Source of the DNA: Eubacteriales bacterium
GTDB lineage: Bacteria; Bacillota; Clostridia; Oscillospirales; CAG-272
Direction: 5' to 3'
Assembly (NCBI GenBank): GCA_045646945.1
Contig: JAZRLS010000022.1
Coordinates: forward strand, 1,181 to 65,180
DNA length: 64,000 bases
Position 1 is the first letter of the stretch. Each line of letters begins with the position of its first letter. Below, one piece after another: positions 30,930-40,371 of this stretch. The notes beneath the pieces are model-generated. The model saw only the letters and a program-made list of their open reading frames with translations. It was not told the origin of the DNA and did not search any database. The translations under genes and the position numbers were made by a program.

Positions 30930-31973
30930 TTAATTTTTCGGTTCGATGATGCCACCGCCGAGGACGATGTCACCGTCATAAAATACCACCGATTGGCCTG
31001 GGGCGATCGCGCGTTGCGGTTCGTCAAAGACGAGCTTGATGCGGTCGTTTTCCAAGCGAATCAAGGTGGCGGGCGCAGGGGTATGGCGGTATCGAATTTT
31101 TGCCATGACACGCAAGCTTTCGTCAAAGTTGTTATAGAGAAAATTGAGCTTGGTTGCGGTCAGCTCCTTGGAATAAAGCTCGGCATCGGTGGTTAAGGTG
31201 ACCGTGTTTTCGCTTGGTTTTTTGGTTGCGACAAACGCTGGATGCCCCAAAGCAATCCCAAGACCTTTTCGCTGACCGACCGTATAATGAATTAAGCCTT
31301 GATGCTCTCCGAGAATTGTTCCGTCGGGAGAAACAAAATTACCTTTTGGAAATTTACGTCCTGTTTGTTCTTGAATAAACGACGCATAGTCTCCATCGGG
31401 AATAAAGCAAATGTCCTGACTGTCCGAGCGGTGCGCGTTCTCAAAATGTTCTTTTTCGGCAATGCTTCGAATTTCGGCTTTGGTGTAATTACCAAGCGGA
31501 AGAATCAGATAGGGAAGGATTTCTTTTTTGATCGACCATAGGAAATAGGATTGATCCTTTGAGGCATCTGCCGCTTTTTTGAGCTGCCATTCACCGCGTT
31601 CGTTTTGCTCCACCTTGGCATAATGTCCCGTAGCAAGAAAATCATAGCCGCGCTCCATAGCAATCTCAAAAAGCTTTCCGAATTTCAAGCATCGGTTGCA
31701 TTCTACGCACGGGTTTGGTGTCAATCCCGCAATATAGTCAGAAATAAAGCGGTTTACCACACAAGCTTGGAAATCATCATTGAGAACCACCGTATCGTGG
31801 GACATCGATAAGCGATCGGAAATTCGCTTGGCATCATTGGAGTTTGTTGGATCAGAACCCCAAAGCTGCATCGTAATCCCCATAGCGTCATATCCCATTT
31901 CTTGTATCAAATGAGCGCAGACCGAGCTGTCGATCCCGCCACTCATTGCGATAAGCACCTTTTTTTTCGTCAT
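30930..31973 (-). CDS. mnmA: tRNA-specific 2-thiouridylase
   Basis: AMSGGIDSS, TPNPCVECN, ATGHYA, KDQSYFL, SQDICF, TVGQRKG, PGQSVV. Confidence 0.97.
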   Translation of the reverse strand: MTKKKVLIAMSGGIDSSVCAHLIQEMGYDAMGITMQLWGSDPTNSNDAKRISDRLSMSHDTVVLNDDFQACVVNRFISDYIAGLTPNPCVECNRCLKFGKLFEIAMERGYDFLATGHYAKVEQNERGEWQLKKAADASKDQSYFLWSIKKEILPYLILPLGNYTKAEIRSIAEKEHFENAHRSDSQDICFIPDGDYASFIQEQTGRKFPKGNFVSPDGTILGEHQGLIHYTVGQRKGLGIALGHPAFVATKKPSENTVTLTTDAELYSKELTATKLNFLYNNFDESLRVMAKIRYRHTPAPATLIRLENDRIKLVFDEPQRAIAPGQSVVFYDGDIVLGGGIIEPKN

Positions 31974-31984
31974 AACTACCTCGT

Positions 31985-32497
31985 TTAACGTTCCCATTCG
32001 AGTCTTGCAAGCTCGCCGTCCTCGCGAAGTCCTTCAAAATCCCATTGGCGAAGGATTTCAAAGACGGCAATTGCAACCGAATTAGAAAGGTTGAGTGAGC
32101 GAATGGTGTTTCGCATTGGAATGCGAACACATCGCTCATAGTTTTTGCAAAGAATCTCTTCCGGAATTCCGCGAGACTCTTTGCCAAACATAATGAATAC
32201 GCCGTCGGGGGAGGGAGAAACCTCGGTATAGGCACGCGGTGCTTTCGTTGTAAAATAGTAAATTTTTTCCAGCGCATCGGGATTCTTTGCGAGAAAATCC
32301 TCGTAGCTGTCATAATACGTAATGTCAAGCTTGTCCCAATAATCCAGCCCCGCACGCTTGAGCTTTTTGTCGTCAATTTCAAAGCCCATTGGACGGATAA
32401 TGTGCAAAGCCGCCCCAGTTGCGGCACAAGTTCTTGCAATATTTCCCGTATTTTGTGGAATTTCGGGTTCGTGTAAAACAATGTTGATTTTCTTCAT
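31985..32497 (-). CDS. trmL: tRNA (cytidine34-2'-O)-methyltransferase
   Basis: EPEIPQNTGNIARTC, RAGLDYW, FGKES, RIPM, RSLNLSN. Confidence 0.95.
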   Translation of the reverse strand: MKKINIVLHEPEIPQNTGNIARTCAATGAALHIIRPMGFEIDDKKLKRAGLDYWDKLDITYYDSYEDFLAKNPDALEKIYYFTTKAPRAYTEVSPSPDGVFIMFGKESRGIPEEILCKNYERCVRIPMRNTIRSLNLSNSVAIAVFEILRQWDFEGLREDGELARLEWER

Positions 32498-32688
32498 AAT
32501 ACCACTCTTTTTTCTCAATATACCAATATTATAGTCCCTTTTTTCCATCTTTGCAAGAGATTTGTCAAGAAAAAAAGGAAAAAGAAAAAAGTTTACAATC
32601 ATTTCCCCCCACTACCACCATAAAACCCTTGAAAAAAAGTCAAAAATGTAGTATAATAATATGAATATATTTTTTTGGAGGTCTTAGT

Positions 32689-35442
32689 ATGGGACTTGGC
32701 GATAAACTCTTTGGTACGTACAGTGAAAGACAGTTAAAGAAAATAGATAAATTCGTAGATTACATTGAATCCTTGGCACCGAAGTATTCGGCAATGTCCA
32801 ATGAGGAGCTTGCCGGCACGACGGAGGTTTTAAAGGCACGTCTTGCCGATGGTGAAACGCTTGAGGACATTATGGCGGATGCGTATGCTGCTATTCGTGA
32901 AGCGGACGACCGTATTCTCGGAAAGCGTCCCTTCCGTGTGCAGATTATTGGTGGTATCATTCTTCATCAGGGAAGAATCGCTGAAATGAAAACGGGTGAG
33001 GGTAAGACCCTAGTGGCTACGATGCCCGCATATCTCAATGCCCTGACAGGAAAAGGGGTTCACGTCGTTACAGTTAACGATTATCTTGCACGTCGTGACA
33101 GTGAAGAAATGGGCAGAGTCTATGAATTTATGGGACTTCGTACAGGTCTTGTTGTTCACGGACTAACTCCTGCGCAAAAGAAAGAATCCTATGCTGCTGA
33201 TATTACCTACGGAACTAACAACGAATTCGGATTTGACTATCTGCGTGACAATATGGTGGTTTATCAGGAAAATATGGTACAGCGCGGACACAATTTTGCC
33301 ATCGTCGACGAGGTGGACTCGATTTTGATTGACGAGGCAAGAACACCTTTGATTATTTCGGGTGCTGGTGAAAAGTCAACTGATATGTACGACCGTGCCG
33401 ATACGATTGCCAGAAAAATGCGCAAATTCGTCATTAAGGAAATGGATTCCAAGGAGAGCTATGACGAGATTGATGCAGACTATATCGTGGACGAAAAGGC
33501 AAACAACGCAATTCTGACGCCGAGCGGAGCAAAGAAAGCGGAAGCTTTCTTTGCAATCGACAATCTTTCCGATCCCGAAAACTCCGAAATTGCACATCAT
33601 ATCAATCAAGCCATCCGCGCGCACGGTATTATGAAGCGCGACGTGGATTACGTGGTCAATGACCAGGGCGTTATGATCGTCGATGCCTTTACAGGCCGTC
33701 TTATGCCCGGCAGACGTTATTCCAACGGACTCCATCAAGCGATTGAAGCCAAGGAAGGCGTAAAGATTGAGAAAGAAAATAAGACGCTTGCAACCATCAC
33801 CTTCCAGAACTACTTCAGAATGTATTCGAAGCTTTCGGGTATGACGGGTACGGCGCTAACCGAGGATCTAGAATTCCGTGAAATTTACGGACTAGACGTT
33901 ATTGAGATTCCCACCAATCGTCCGATGATTCGCAAAGATCATTCGGATGCCGTTTACAAAACGGTGGAGGGAAAATACGATGCCGTGATTCAGCAGATTA
34001 TCAAGTGTCACGAAAAAGGACAGCCTGTGCTTGTCGGTACGGTTTCGATCGATAAGTCGGAGGAGCTCTCCCGTAGATTGAAGCGTCAGGGAATCGCGCA
34101 TACCGTTCTGAATGCAAAATATCACGACCGAGAGGCAGAAATCGTTGCTCAGGCAGGTAAGCTTGGCGCGGTTACAATCTCTACCAATATGGCAGGACGT
34201 GGAACCGACATTATGCTTGGCGGAAACGCCGAATATATGGCAAAAAAAGAAATGCGCAAGATGGAAATAGATGACGATCTGATCGCAATGGCAACAGGTA
34301 CGGCGGAGATCGACAACGAGGACGTACAAAATGCCAGAAAGATTTTTCGCGAGCTGTATGAAAAATTCAAGCAGGAGATTGCTCCCGAGGCAGAGCAGGT
34401 TCGTGAAGCGGGTGGTTTGTATATTCTCGGTACCGAGCGTCATGAAAGCCGACGCATCGACAATCAGTTGCGCGGTCGTTCGGGACGTCAGGGTGACCCC
34501 GGTGAGTCGAAATTCTATCTTTCGTTGGAAGACGATCTGATGCGTCTGTTTGGCTCGGAGCATCTGATGGGAATGGTCGATCGCCTTGGGCTTCCCAATG
34601 ATATGCCGATCGATGCAAAGATCCTTTCCAATCGAATCGAGGGGGCTCAGAAGAGAATTGAAGATCAGAACTTCAAGCGCAGAAAGCACGTTCTGACTTA
34701 TGATGACGTGATGAATCAGCAGAGAAACGTTATTTATAAGCAGAGAAACGACGTTCTTCGTGGCGAAGATATCAGCAATACCATCCAAAAGATGATTTTG
34801 GCAACCATTCGTGAAAATGTGGATACCTATTTGCACGGTGAAGAAGTGGAGCTTTGGGATTTCACGGGTCTGCGCGAGGCGTATAAAGGAATTTTGACTA
34901 CTTCCGAGGATTTCCAATACGAAGAAAACGAGCTTAAAAAGCTGAAGAGTGAAGATGTTTGTGAGGAGCTTTCAAAGCGTGCGCTTGCACTGTATCACGA
35001 AAAAGAGCAAATGGTCGGAGAGGAACGTTTCCGCGAATTGGAGCGCTCGGTACTCTTACAGAACGTAGATCGAAATTGGATGGATCATATCGATGCGATG
35101 GAGGATCTCAAAGACAGTATTCGCCTGCAGTCTTACGCACAGCGTGATCCTGTCAACGAATACCGTATTCAAGGCGCGGATATGTTTGACGCGATGGTCA
35201 GCGATATTCGTGACCGTACGGCTCGTATGATTCTCTCGGTTACCATTCATACACCCGATGTGAAACGCGTTCAGTTGGCAAAACCTCTCAAGGAAGGTTT
35301 TGAGGGGAACGAACAAAAAAAGCCGAAAAAGATTAGCGTTGTTCACCGTGCGGAGGAATCTACAGGTAGAAATGATCTATGTCCTTGCGGATCGGGAAAA
35401 AAGTATAAAAAGTGTTGCGGTGCCCCCGCAAACAATCAATAA
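32689..35442 (+). CDS. secA: Protein translocase subunit SecA
   Basis: EMKTGEGKT, VTVNDYLA, DEVDSILIDEARTPLIISG, TNMAGRGTDI, C-terminal GRNDLCPCGSGKKYKKCC. Confidence 0.98.
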   Translation: MGLGDKLFGTYSERQLKKIDKFVDYIESLAPKYSAMSNEELAGTTEVLKARLADGETLEDIMADAYAAIREADDRILGKRPFRVQIIGGIILHQGRIAEMKTGEGKTLVATMPAYLNALTGKGVHVVTVNDYLARRDSEEMGRVYEFMGLRTGLVVHGLTPAQKKESYAADITYGTNNEFGFDYLRDNMVVYQENMVQRGHNFAIVDEVDSILIDEARTPLIISGAGEKSTDMYDRADTIARKMRKFVIKEMDSKESYDEIDADYIVDEKANNAILTPSGAKKAEAFFAIDNLSDPENSEIAHHINQAIRAHGIMKRDVDYVVNDQGVMIVDAFTGRLMPGRRYSNGLHQAIEAKEGVKIEKENKTLATITFQNYFRMYSKLSGMTGTALTEDLEFREIYGLDVIEIPTNRPMIRKDHSDAVYKTVEGKYDAVIQQIIKCHEKGQPVLVGTVSIDKSEELSRRLKRQGIAHTVLNAKYHDREAEIVAQAGKLGAVTISTNMAGRGTDIMLGGNAEYMAKKEMRKMEIDDDLIAMATGTAEIDNEDVQNARKIFRELYEKFKQEIAPEAEQVREAGGLYILGTERHESRRIDNQLRGRSGRQGDPGESKFYLSLEDDLMRLFGSEHLMGMVDRLGLPNDMPIDAKILSNRIEGAQKRIEDQNFKRRKHVLTYDDVMNQQRNVIYKQRNDVLRGEDISNTIQKMILATIRENVDTYLHGEEVELWDFTGLREAYKGILTTSEDFQYEENELKKLKSEDVCEELSKRALALYHEKEQMVGEERFRELERSVLLQNVDRNWMDHIDAMEDLKDSIRLQSYAQRDPVNEYRIQGADMFDAMVSDIRDRTARMILSVTIHTPDVKRVQLAKPLKEGFEGNEQKKPKKISVVHRAEESTGRNDLCPCGSGKKYKKCCGAPANNQ

Positions 35443-35504
35443 CCAACCGAATGGCGACACGGTTTTAAAACTAAGACCGTGTCGCTTCAAAAAGGAGAAA
35501 ATCT

Positions 35505-36173
35505 ATGGGCTTCGGCTTGCTTTTTATCGGATATTTCGTTGCAAATTTGATGACGTTAAATCCGCTTGGATCAATTTTTCGAATTCTTGGATACGGAATC
35601 ATTCTTGTATCGATTTTAAAGCTTCGAAAATACCATCACGCGTTTCTGTTATCCGTCTTTACAACGCTATGGATGCTTTTGGTTGCGGGAGCATTTGTTT
35701 TTGCTGATATTACGGGTGTTTATCGGAATATCATCGGTTACATAGAGCAGGGCAGTTCCTTTCTATTTCTCACGTTGCTTTTATATGCAGTTTGGAAAAT
35801 TTCCAAAGAAACGGGCGTAAAAAAATTGGCAGATTCCTCGATACGGAACTTTATTTTCATTTCTTTTTACTATGCTGTTTGTATTTTAGAATATCTTCCT
35901 TTTGCTGTGATTGATAACATACGAGGAGAACTGAGAATTATTTCCTTGGTTTTGTATTTCTCCTGTATCCTCTTGAATATGCTTCTTTTGGGACAATGTT
36001 ATGCCAATATTTGTGATGAAAAAGATGCTGAAATGTTGAGAAAACCCTCTCGCTTTGCGTGGATCAATCAGTTTCGCGAAGAGTTTGATCGCAGAGAAGA
36101 AAAAGCAAGAGCGGAAACTGAAGCATATCGCAAAGAAAAGTTTGAAAAAAGAAATAAAAGGAAAAAAAGATGA
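35505..36173 (+). CDS. Hypothetical membrane protein
   Basis: AAGGAG RBS; about 6 TM segments and a basic C-terminal tail. Confidence 0.75.
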   Translation: MGFGLLFIGYFVANLMTLNPLGSIFRILGYGIILVSILKLRKYHHAFLLSVFTTLWMLLVAGAFVFADITGVYRNIIGYIEQGSSFLFLTLLLYAVWKISKETGVKKLADSSIRNFIFISFYYAVCILEYLPFAVIDNIRGELRIISLVLYFSCILLNMLLLGQCYANICDEKDAEMLRKPSRFAWINQFREEFDRREEKARAETEAYRKEKFEKRNKRKKR

Positions 36174-37603
36174 AACAAAAAAAAGATTTTTTGGGACTTT
36201 CATGGATCATTTTTGCACTTTGTTTTTTATTCAATCCCACCTTACACTTGATCGATCCGCTTCCTGATTTTATCGGATATATTTTCCTTTGTTTGGCATT
36301 TTCCAAATTGGCGGATCTCAATGACGAGATTGAAAGCACTGTTGCTGTTTTTCGTAAAATGATTTGGGTCGATGCTGCAAAATGGCTCGCTATCTTTATT
36401 ACCTTTACTATGTCGGCTTCGGGAGAAAAAAATTCCTCGGTATTGCTTTGGACGTTTGTTTTTGCTACGATAGAACTGATCTTTTTGCTTCCGACCTATA
36501 CAAAACTCTTTGAAGGAATAGCAAAATTAGGATACTTTCATAGCAACACCGCAATTCTCGGTAGGATGAAAAAAGGAAAAAGTGCCACAGATCGGGCAAA
36601 GAGAGCAACGATTATCTTTGTTTGTGTTAAAGCAATTTTTACGGTCCTTCCCGAATTTGCTGATTTGTCGAATGCGGCATATCAAGAAGACAGCGGCTTT
36701 GTCAGTCTCTACCGATATATTGGATTGATGCGTGGCTTCGCTATTTTGGTCGTTTTGATTGTCGGACTGTTTTGGTTTTTCCGTCTACAGCAGTATTTCT
36801 ATCGTTTGCGACACGATCACGAATTGGTTCTTTCACTTTCCAATTCGTATCAAACAAATGTTCAACCGCAGCTTGGAAAGTTTGTTCAAAGAAGATTTAA
36901 AATTTCTTATGTTTTCTTGGTTCTTGCTTTGATTTTCAGTATGGATTATCGCTTGGACGGTATTACGCTTTTTCCGGATATTCTTTCCGCGATTGCCGTG
37001 ATCTTTGTTTTTTTGACGCTATCGCATAATATTTCGCTAAAAAAAGCACCGTGGATCATCGCATCCGGATTTTACTTATTGACTTCGATTGTCTCTTTTG
37101 TGCTTGAGCAAAGATTTTTCTTTCATTATTCTTTTACAACGATCCTTAAAAACGATACGGCGATGATGATTTACAGTGCTTACGTACTTTGTAACTTTTT
37201 GAAGGTTCTTGCTTTTTTGTTGGCATTGTATTTGATTCTTCGTGCACTCTATCAAATCATTCAAATACATACGGGAACAACACTCGGGATAGAATACATT
37301 GACGAGCGAGTCGTGTCGATGGAAAAAGAATTGCATAAGGAGCTTCGTCGTCCCGTCTTTTTGGCTATGATTTCTGCAATTCTTTACGGTATTTCGGATA
37401 TATGTTATGATATATTTGCACCGATGCTCAGTGGAATTTATATGGACGGTTCCGGTGTCTTTGGTACGTTTAGCAACATCCAAAATCATTACGGTTGGCT
37501 CAAAACAACCAATATCCTGATTCTCGCAATTTGTATTGGATTGTTTATTCGTGCAATGTCTTATATTTTATTGGCTATTCGAGAAAAATATATGTTGGAA
37601 TAA
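36170..37603 (+). CDS. Hypothetical polytopic membrane protein with internal duplication
   Basis: ATGA overlap with upstream gene; about 12 TM; IDPLPDFIGY and ITLFPDILSA repeats. Confidence 0.78.
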   Translation: MKQKKDFLGLSWIIFALCFLFNPTLHLIDPLPDFIGYIFLCLAFSKLADLNDEIESTVAVFRKMIWVDAAKWLAIFITFTMSASGEKNSSVLLWTFVFATIELIFLLPTYTKLFEGIAKLGYFHSNTAILGRMKKGKSATDRAKRATIIFVCVKAIFTVLPEFADLSNAAYQEDSGFVSLYRYIGLMRGFAILVVLIVGLFWFFRLQQYFYRLRHDHELVLSLSNSYQTNVQPQLGKFVQRRFKISYVFLVLALIFSMDYRLDGITLFPDILSAIAVIFVFLTLSHNISLKKAPWIIASGFYLLTSIVSFVLEQRFFFHYSFTTILKNDTAMMIYSAYVLCNFLKVLAFLLALYLILRALYQIIQIHTGTTLGIEYIDERVVSMEKELHKELRRPVFLAMISAILYGISDICYDIFAPMLSGIYMDGSGVFGTFSNIQNHYGWLKTTNILILAICIGLFIRAMSYILLAIREKYMLE

Positions 37604-37620
37604 ACTTTATTTTCTCGACG

Positions 37621-37650
37621 GTATATTGGCGTGGATTGTGGCACATACTA
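37621..37650 (+). promoter_or_regulatory. Putative sigma-G (late forespore) promoter
   Basis: GTATA-18 bp-CATACTA, exact match to B. subtilis sigma-G consensus GHATR-N18-CATXHTA. Confidence 0.7.
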
Positions 37651-37767
37651 ACGTCGTACTTCCCAAAGAAGTTACAACGTCACACACTGACGTGCTTTAA
37701 CAGTCCTGTTCCGTCGACCTACGACTGTTATTCTTATTTTTATGTCGACGGAGAAACGGAGCTGAAG

Positions 37768-37923
37768 ATGCAGTACAACAATCAGAACCAAAACAACTCT
37801 CAGAACAATCAAAACAGCAAAAACAACCAGAACAACCAGAATCAGAATAAGCAGAACAATCAAAATCAGCAAAACAATCAGAACCAGAATAATTCTCAGA
37901 ACAAGCAGAACAATAATCGCTAA
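37768..37923 (+). CDS. Small Asn/Gln-rich peptide (51 aa)
   Basis: GGAG RBS then ATG; MQYNNQNQNNSQNNQNSKNNQNNQNQNKQNNQNQQNNQNQNNSQNKQNNNR; mixed synonymous codons; own promoter and terminator. Confidence 0.75.
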   Translation: MQYNNQNQNNSQNNQNSKNNQNNQNQNKQNNQNQQNNQNQNNSQNKQNNNR

Positions 37924-37939
37924 AGTTGATGATGGCTTG

Positions 37940-37983
37940 GAAGTTATGGAGATCGGGTATGACTCGATCTCCATAATTTCTTT
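37940..37983 (+). terminator. Intrinsic terminator of N/Q peptide gene
   Basis: GAAGTTATGGAGATCGGGT-atg-ACTCGATCTCCATAATTTC then TTT. Confidence 0.8.
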
Positions 37984-38015
37984 GGATTCTTTTTCGATAA
38001 AATTTCAAAATCCTA

Positions 38016-38044
38016 TTGAAAAAATAACAAAAATCTGCTATACT
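38016..38044 (+). promoter_or_regulatory. sigma-A promoter of SRP RNA / dnaX
   Basis: TTGAAA-17 bp-TATACT with TG extension. Confidence 0.7.
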
Positions 38045-38070
38045 ATATAAGTAAGTTTCCTTTGGGAAAT

Positions 38071-38373
38071 GCAGACTGTGAAATAAGGCCATACCAGCCG
38101 GGGAATTAGCGGAGCCCTGTACCTGAAATCCGCTACAGCAGGGGTGCATTCCTTTTTTGAGGGTTGATCCGATACGGTCTGAGTCGTGTCCTGCTGCGTT
38201 GAAGAGCGGGTCTTGCGCAATTGGGCGCTGTGAACCATGTCAGGTGGGGAACCAAGCAGCATTAAGCAGTAAGCCCGATGTGCCGCGAGGTAGCCTGCTT
38301 GGAGCAGGAGGAGCGAAGATCGCGTAAAGGTGAGATTCGATCTTAAGGTGTATGGTCTTCTTTTGCAGTCTGC
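38071..38373 (+). ncRNA. ffs: Large (Bacillus-type) signal recognition particle RNA, precursor boundaries approximate
   Basis: Helix 8 motif TGTCAGGTGG-GGAA-CCAAGCAGCA; terminal pairing GCAGACTG/CAGTCTGC and GGCCATAC/GTATGGTC; about 300 nt; directly upstream of dnaX. Confidence 0.9.
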
Positions 38374-38418
38374 TTTTTATTTTGAATGAAAATGAAATGG
38401 AGGAGAATTTTTTCGGGA

Positions 38419-39987
38419 ATGCATCAGGCACTTTATCGAAAATGGCGTCCGCAAACCTTTGATGAGGTATGCGGTCAAGAACATATTACGTCAATCTTAA
38501 AATATGAAACAGAGCACCGGAAATTCTCCCACGCATACCTTTTTTGCGGTTCTCGCGGAACAGGAAAAACCACGTGTGCTAAGATCTTAGCAAAAGCTGT
38601 AAATTGCGAGGCACCCGTGGGGGGCAGTCCCTGTAATTGCTGCGCTTCTTGTCGTTCAATTGACGAAGGCACGGCAACCGATGTTCTTGAAATGGATGCT
38701 GCTTCCAATAACGGTGTGGATAATATTCGTGATATTCGCGATGAAGTGGTTTATACTCCCTCTGCGCTAAAATATCGTGTTTACATCGTAGACGAGGTTC
38801 ATATGTTGAGCGGAAGCGCGTTTAACGCATTGCTCAAAACCTTGGAAGAACCGCCGGCACACGTTGTTTTTATTTTAGCCACAACAGAGCTGCATAAGTT
38901 ACCATCGACCATTGTTTCCCGATGTCAGCGATTTGATTTTCGAAGAATCAGTACGCAAGTTCTCAGTGATCGACTTGCCCATATTTCGGATGCTGAAAAG
39001 ATCGAGTATGATCCCGAGGCACTTCGCCTTTTAGCAAAGCTTGCCCAGGGCGGTATGCGTGACGCGATCAGTTTGTTGGAGCTTTGTGCAGGTGCAAGGC
39101 AAAAAATTACGCCGGAACTCGTCAACGAAACGATTGGTTCCGGCGGTAGAGATGGTTTGGAACAAACGGTTCGTGCCATTGCGTCTGCCAATTTTGATGC
39201 GATTTTTTCAACAGTAGATACCATTGTGCGTTCCTCTAAAGACATTTCCGTTTTTTGGCAAGAACTGATTTCCTTCTATCGTGATATGTTGGTGATCAAG
39301 GCTACTGCGGCGGCAGAGAAGTATTTGGATTTGACAAAGAACGAAACCGAGCACTTAAAGAAAACGGCAGATTTGTTTTCGAAGGAAACATTACTGTATC
39401 ATTGTCGGGTATTGGAAGAGACCTTATATATGATGCAACATTCCACAGCAAGCAATCGTATGCTCGCGGAAATGGCACTTTTGAAGCTTTGTGACGTTTC
39501 GTTGGATACCTCTCCTGATGCACTTCTTTCGCGCATCTCCAAACTGGAAACTATGGTAGCATCGGGGGCAATATTTCACACAAGGACGAGTAATGAGGCT
39601 TCAGAGCAAACTATGGTAAGCGAGATTGTCGAGGAAAGCGTTGTAAACGAACAACAAAACGCTCTCCGCATTTCCGAAAATCAAGCACCGACCTTTAAGG
39701 TGTTGCGTGGTTGGAACGAGATTGCAGAGAGAGCCGCCTTGGGTGACGGTGCTGCTCTTGGCTTTTTAAAAACTGCCAAAGCGTTGATTTCGGATGACGG
39801 ATCCATTCATTTGAAATTCCCCAATGAATTTGCGAAATCTATGGTCGACCGTCCGTCGATGATTGAAAGCATCCGTGGAGCCATCTGTCTGGAACTTCAA
39901 AAATCCATTGAGCCAAATCAATTGATTTTGGAAATTCTTTCGGTGAATGAAGATTTTTCAGACCTTGACGAATTTGAATTATTATAA
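38419..39987 (+). CDS. dnaX: DNA polymerase III subunit gamma/tau
   Basis: ALYRKWRPQTF, GSRGTGKTT, EMDAASNNGVD, DEVHMLS, SRCQRF. Confidence 0.97.
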   Translation: MHQALYRKWRPQTFDEVCGQEHITSILKYETEHRKFSHAYLFCGSRGTGKTTCAKILAKAVNCEAPVGGSPCNCCASCRSIDEGTATDVLEMDAASNNGVDNIRDIRDEVVYTPSALKYRVYIVDEVHMLSGSAFNALLKTLEEPPAHVVFILATTELHKLPSTIVSRCQRFDFRRISTQVLSDRLAHISDAEKIEYDPEALRLLAKLAQGGMRDAISLLELCAGARQKITPELVNETIGSGGRDGLEQTVRAIASANFDAIFSTVDTIVRSSKDISVFWQELISFYRDMLVIKATAAAEKYLDLTKNETEHLKKTADLFSKETLLYHCRVLEETLYMMQHSTASNRMLAEMALLKLCDVSLDTSPDALLSRISKLETMVASGAIFHTRTSNEASEQTMVSEIVEESVVNEQQNALRISENQAPTFKVLRGWNEIAERAALGDGAALGFLKTAKALISDDGSIHLKFPNEFAKSMVDRPSMIESIRGAICLELQKSIEPNQLILEILSVNEDFSDLDEFELL

Positions 39988-40017
39988 TTATCTTAACGAA
40001 GAAAAAGGAGAATAACA

Positions 40018-40365
40018 ATGAGAGCAAATATTCCGAAGGGAATGGGTGGCGGTCCCCAAAATATGAACGCTATGATCCGTCAGGCACAGAAAATGCAGGA
40101 AGATATGGCTGCTCTGCAGGAAGATTTGGACACAAGAGAATACGATATTTCGGCAGGCGGCGGAGTTGTTGGCGTGAAGATCAACGGTAAGAAGGAAATT
40201 CTTTCGATCAATATCGAGCCTGAAATTGTAGATCCTGATGATATCGAAACACTTTCCGACATTTTGGTTGCCGCTGTTAATGAGGCAATCAAGCGTGTAG
40301 AAGATACCAACAACGAAGAAATGGCAAAGATTACGGGAAGCGTTGGTCTCCCTGGAATGTTTTAA
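40018..40365 (+). CDS. ybaB: YbaB/EbfC nucleoid-associated protein
   Basis: QAQKMQ, AGGGVV, VDPDDIETLSDILVAAVNEA; between dnaX and recR. Confidence 0.93.
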   Translation: MRANIPKGMGGGPQNMNAMIRQAQKMQEDMAALQEDLDTREYDISAGGGVVGVKINGKKEILSINIEPEIVDPDDIETLSDILVAAVNEAIKRVEDTNNEEMAKITGSVGLPGMF

Positions 40366-40371
40366 TCCGCT

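Noticed and set aside
37495-37767. N-terminal extension of the N/Q ORF as listed in the ORF track (142 aa) and its hydrophobic antisense frames
   Set aside because: The extension overlaps the upstream gene and crosses the promoter; RBS and compositional shift point to ATG 37768; antisense frames only mirror the low-complexity tract
37774-37917. CAGAAC/AACAAT repeats as a CRISPR array or VNTR
   Set aside because: No constant repeat with unique spacers and no fixed period; variation is at synonymous positions
38419-39987. Programmed frameshift or slippage site in dnaX
   Set aside because: I saw no AAAAAAG slippery site with downstream hairpin or long A run at the expected position
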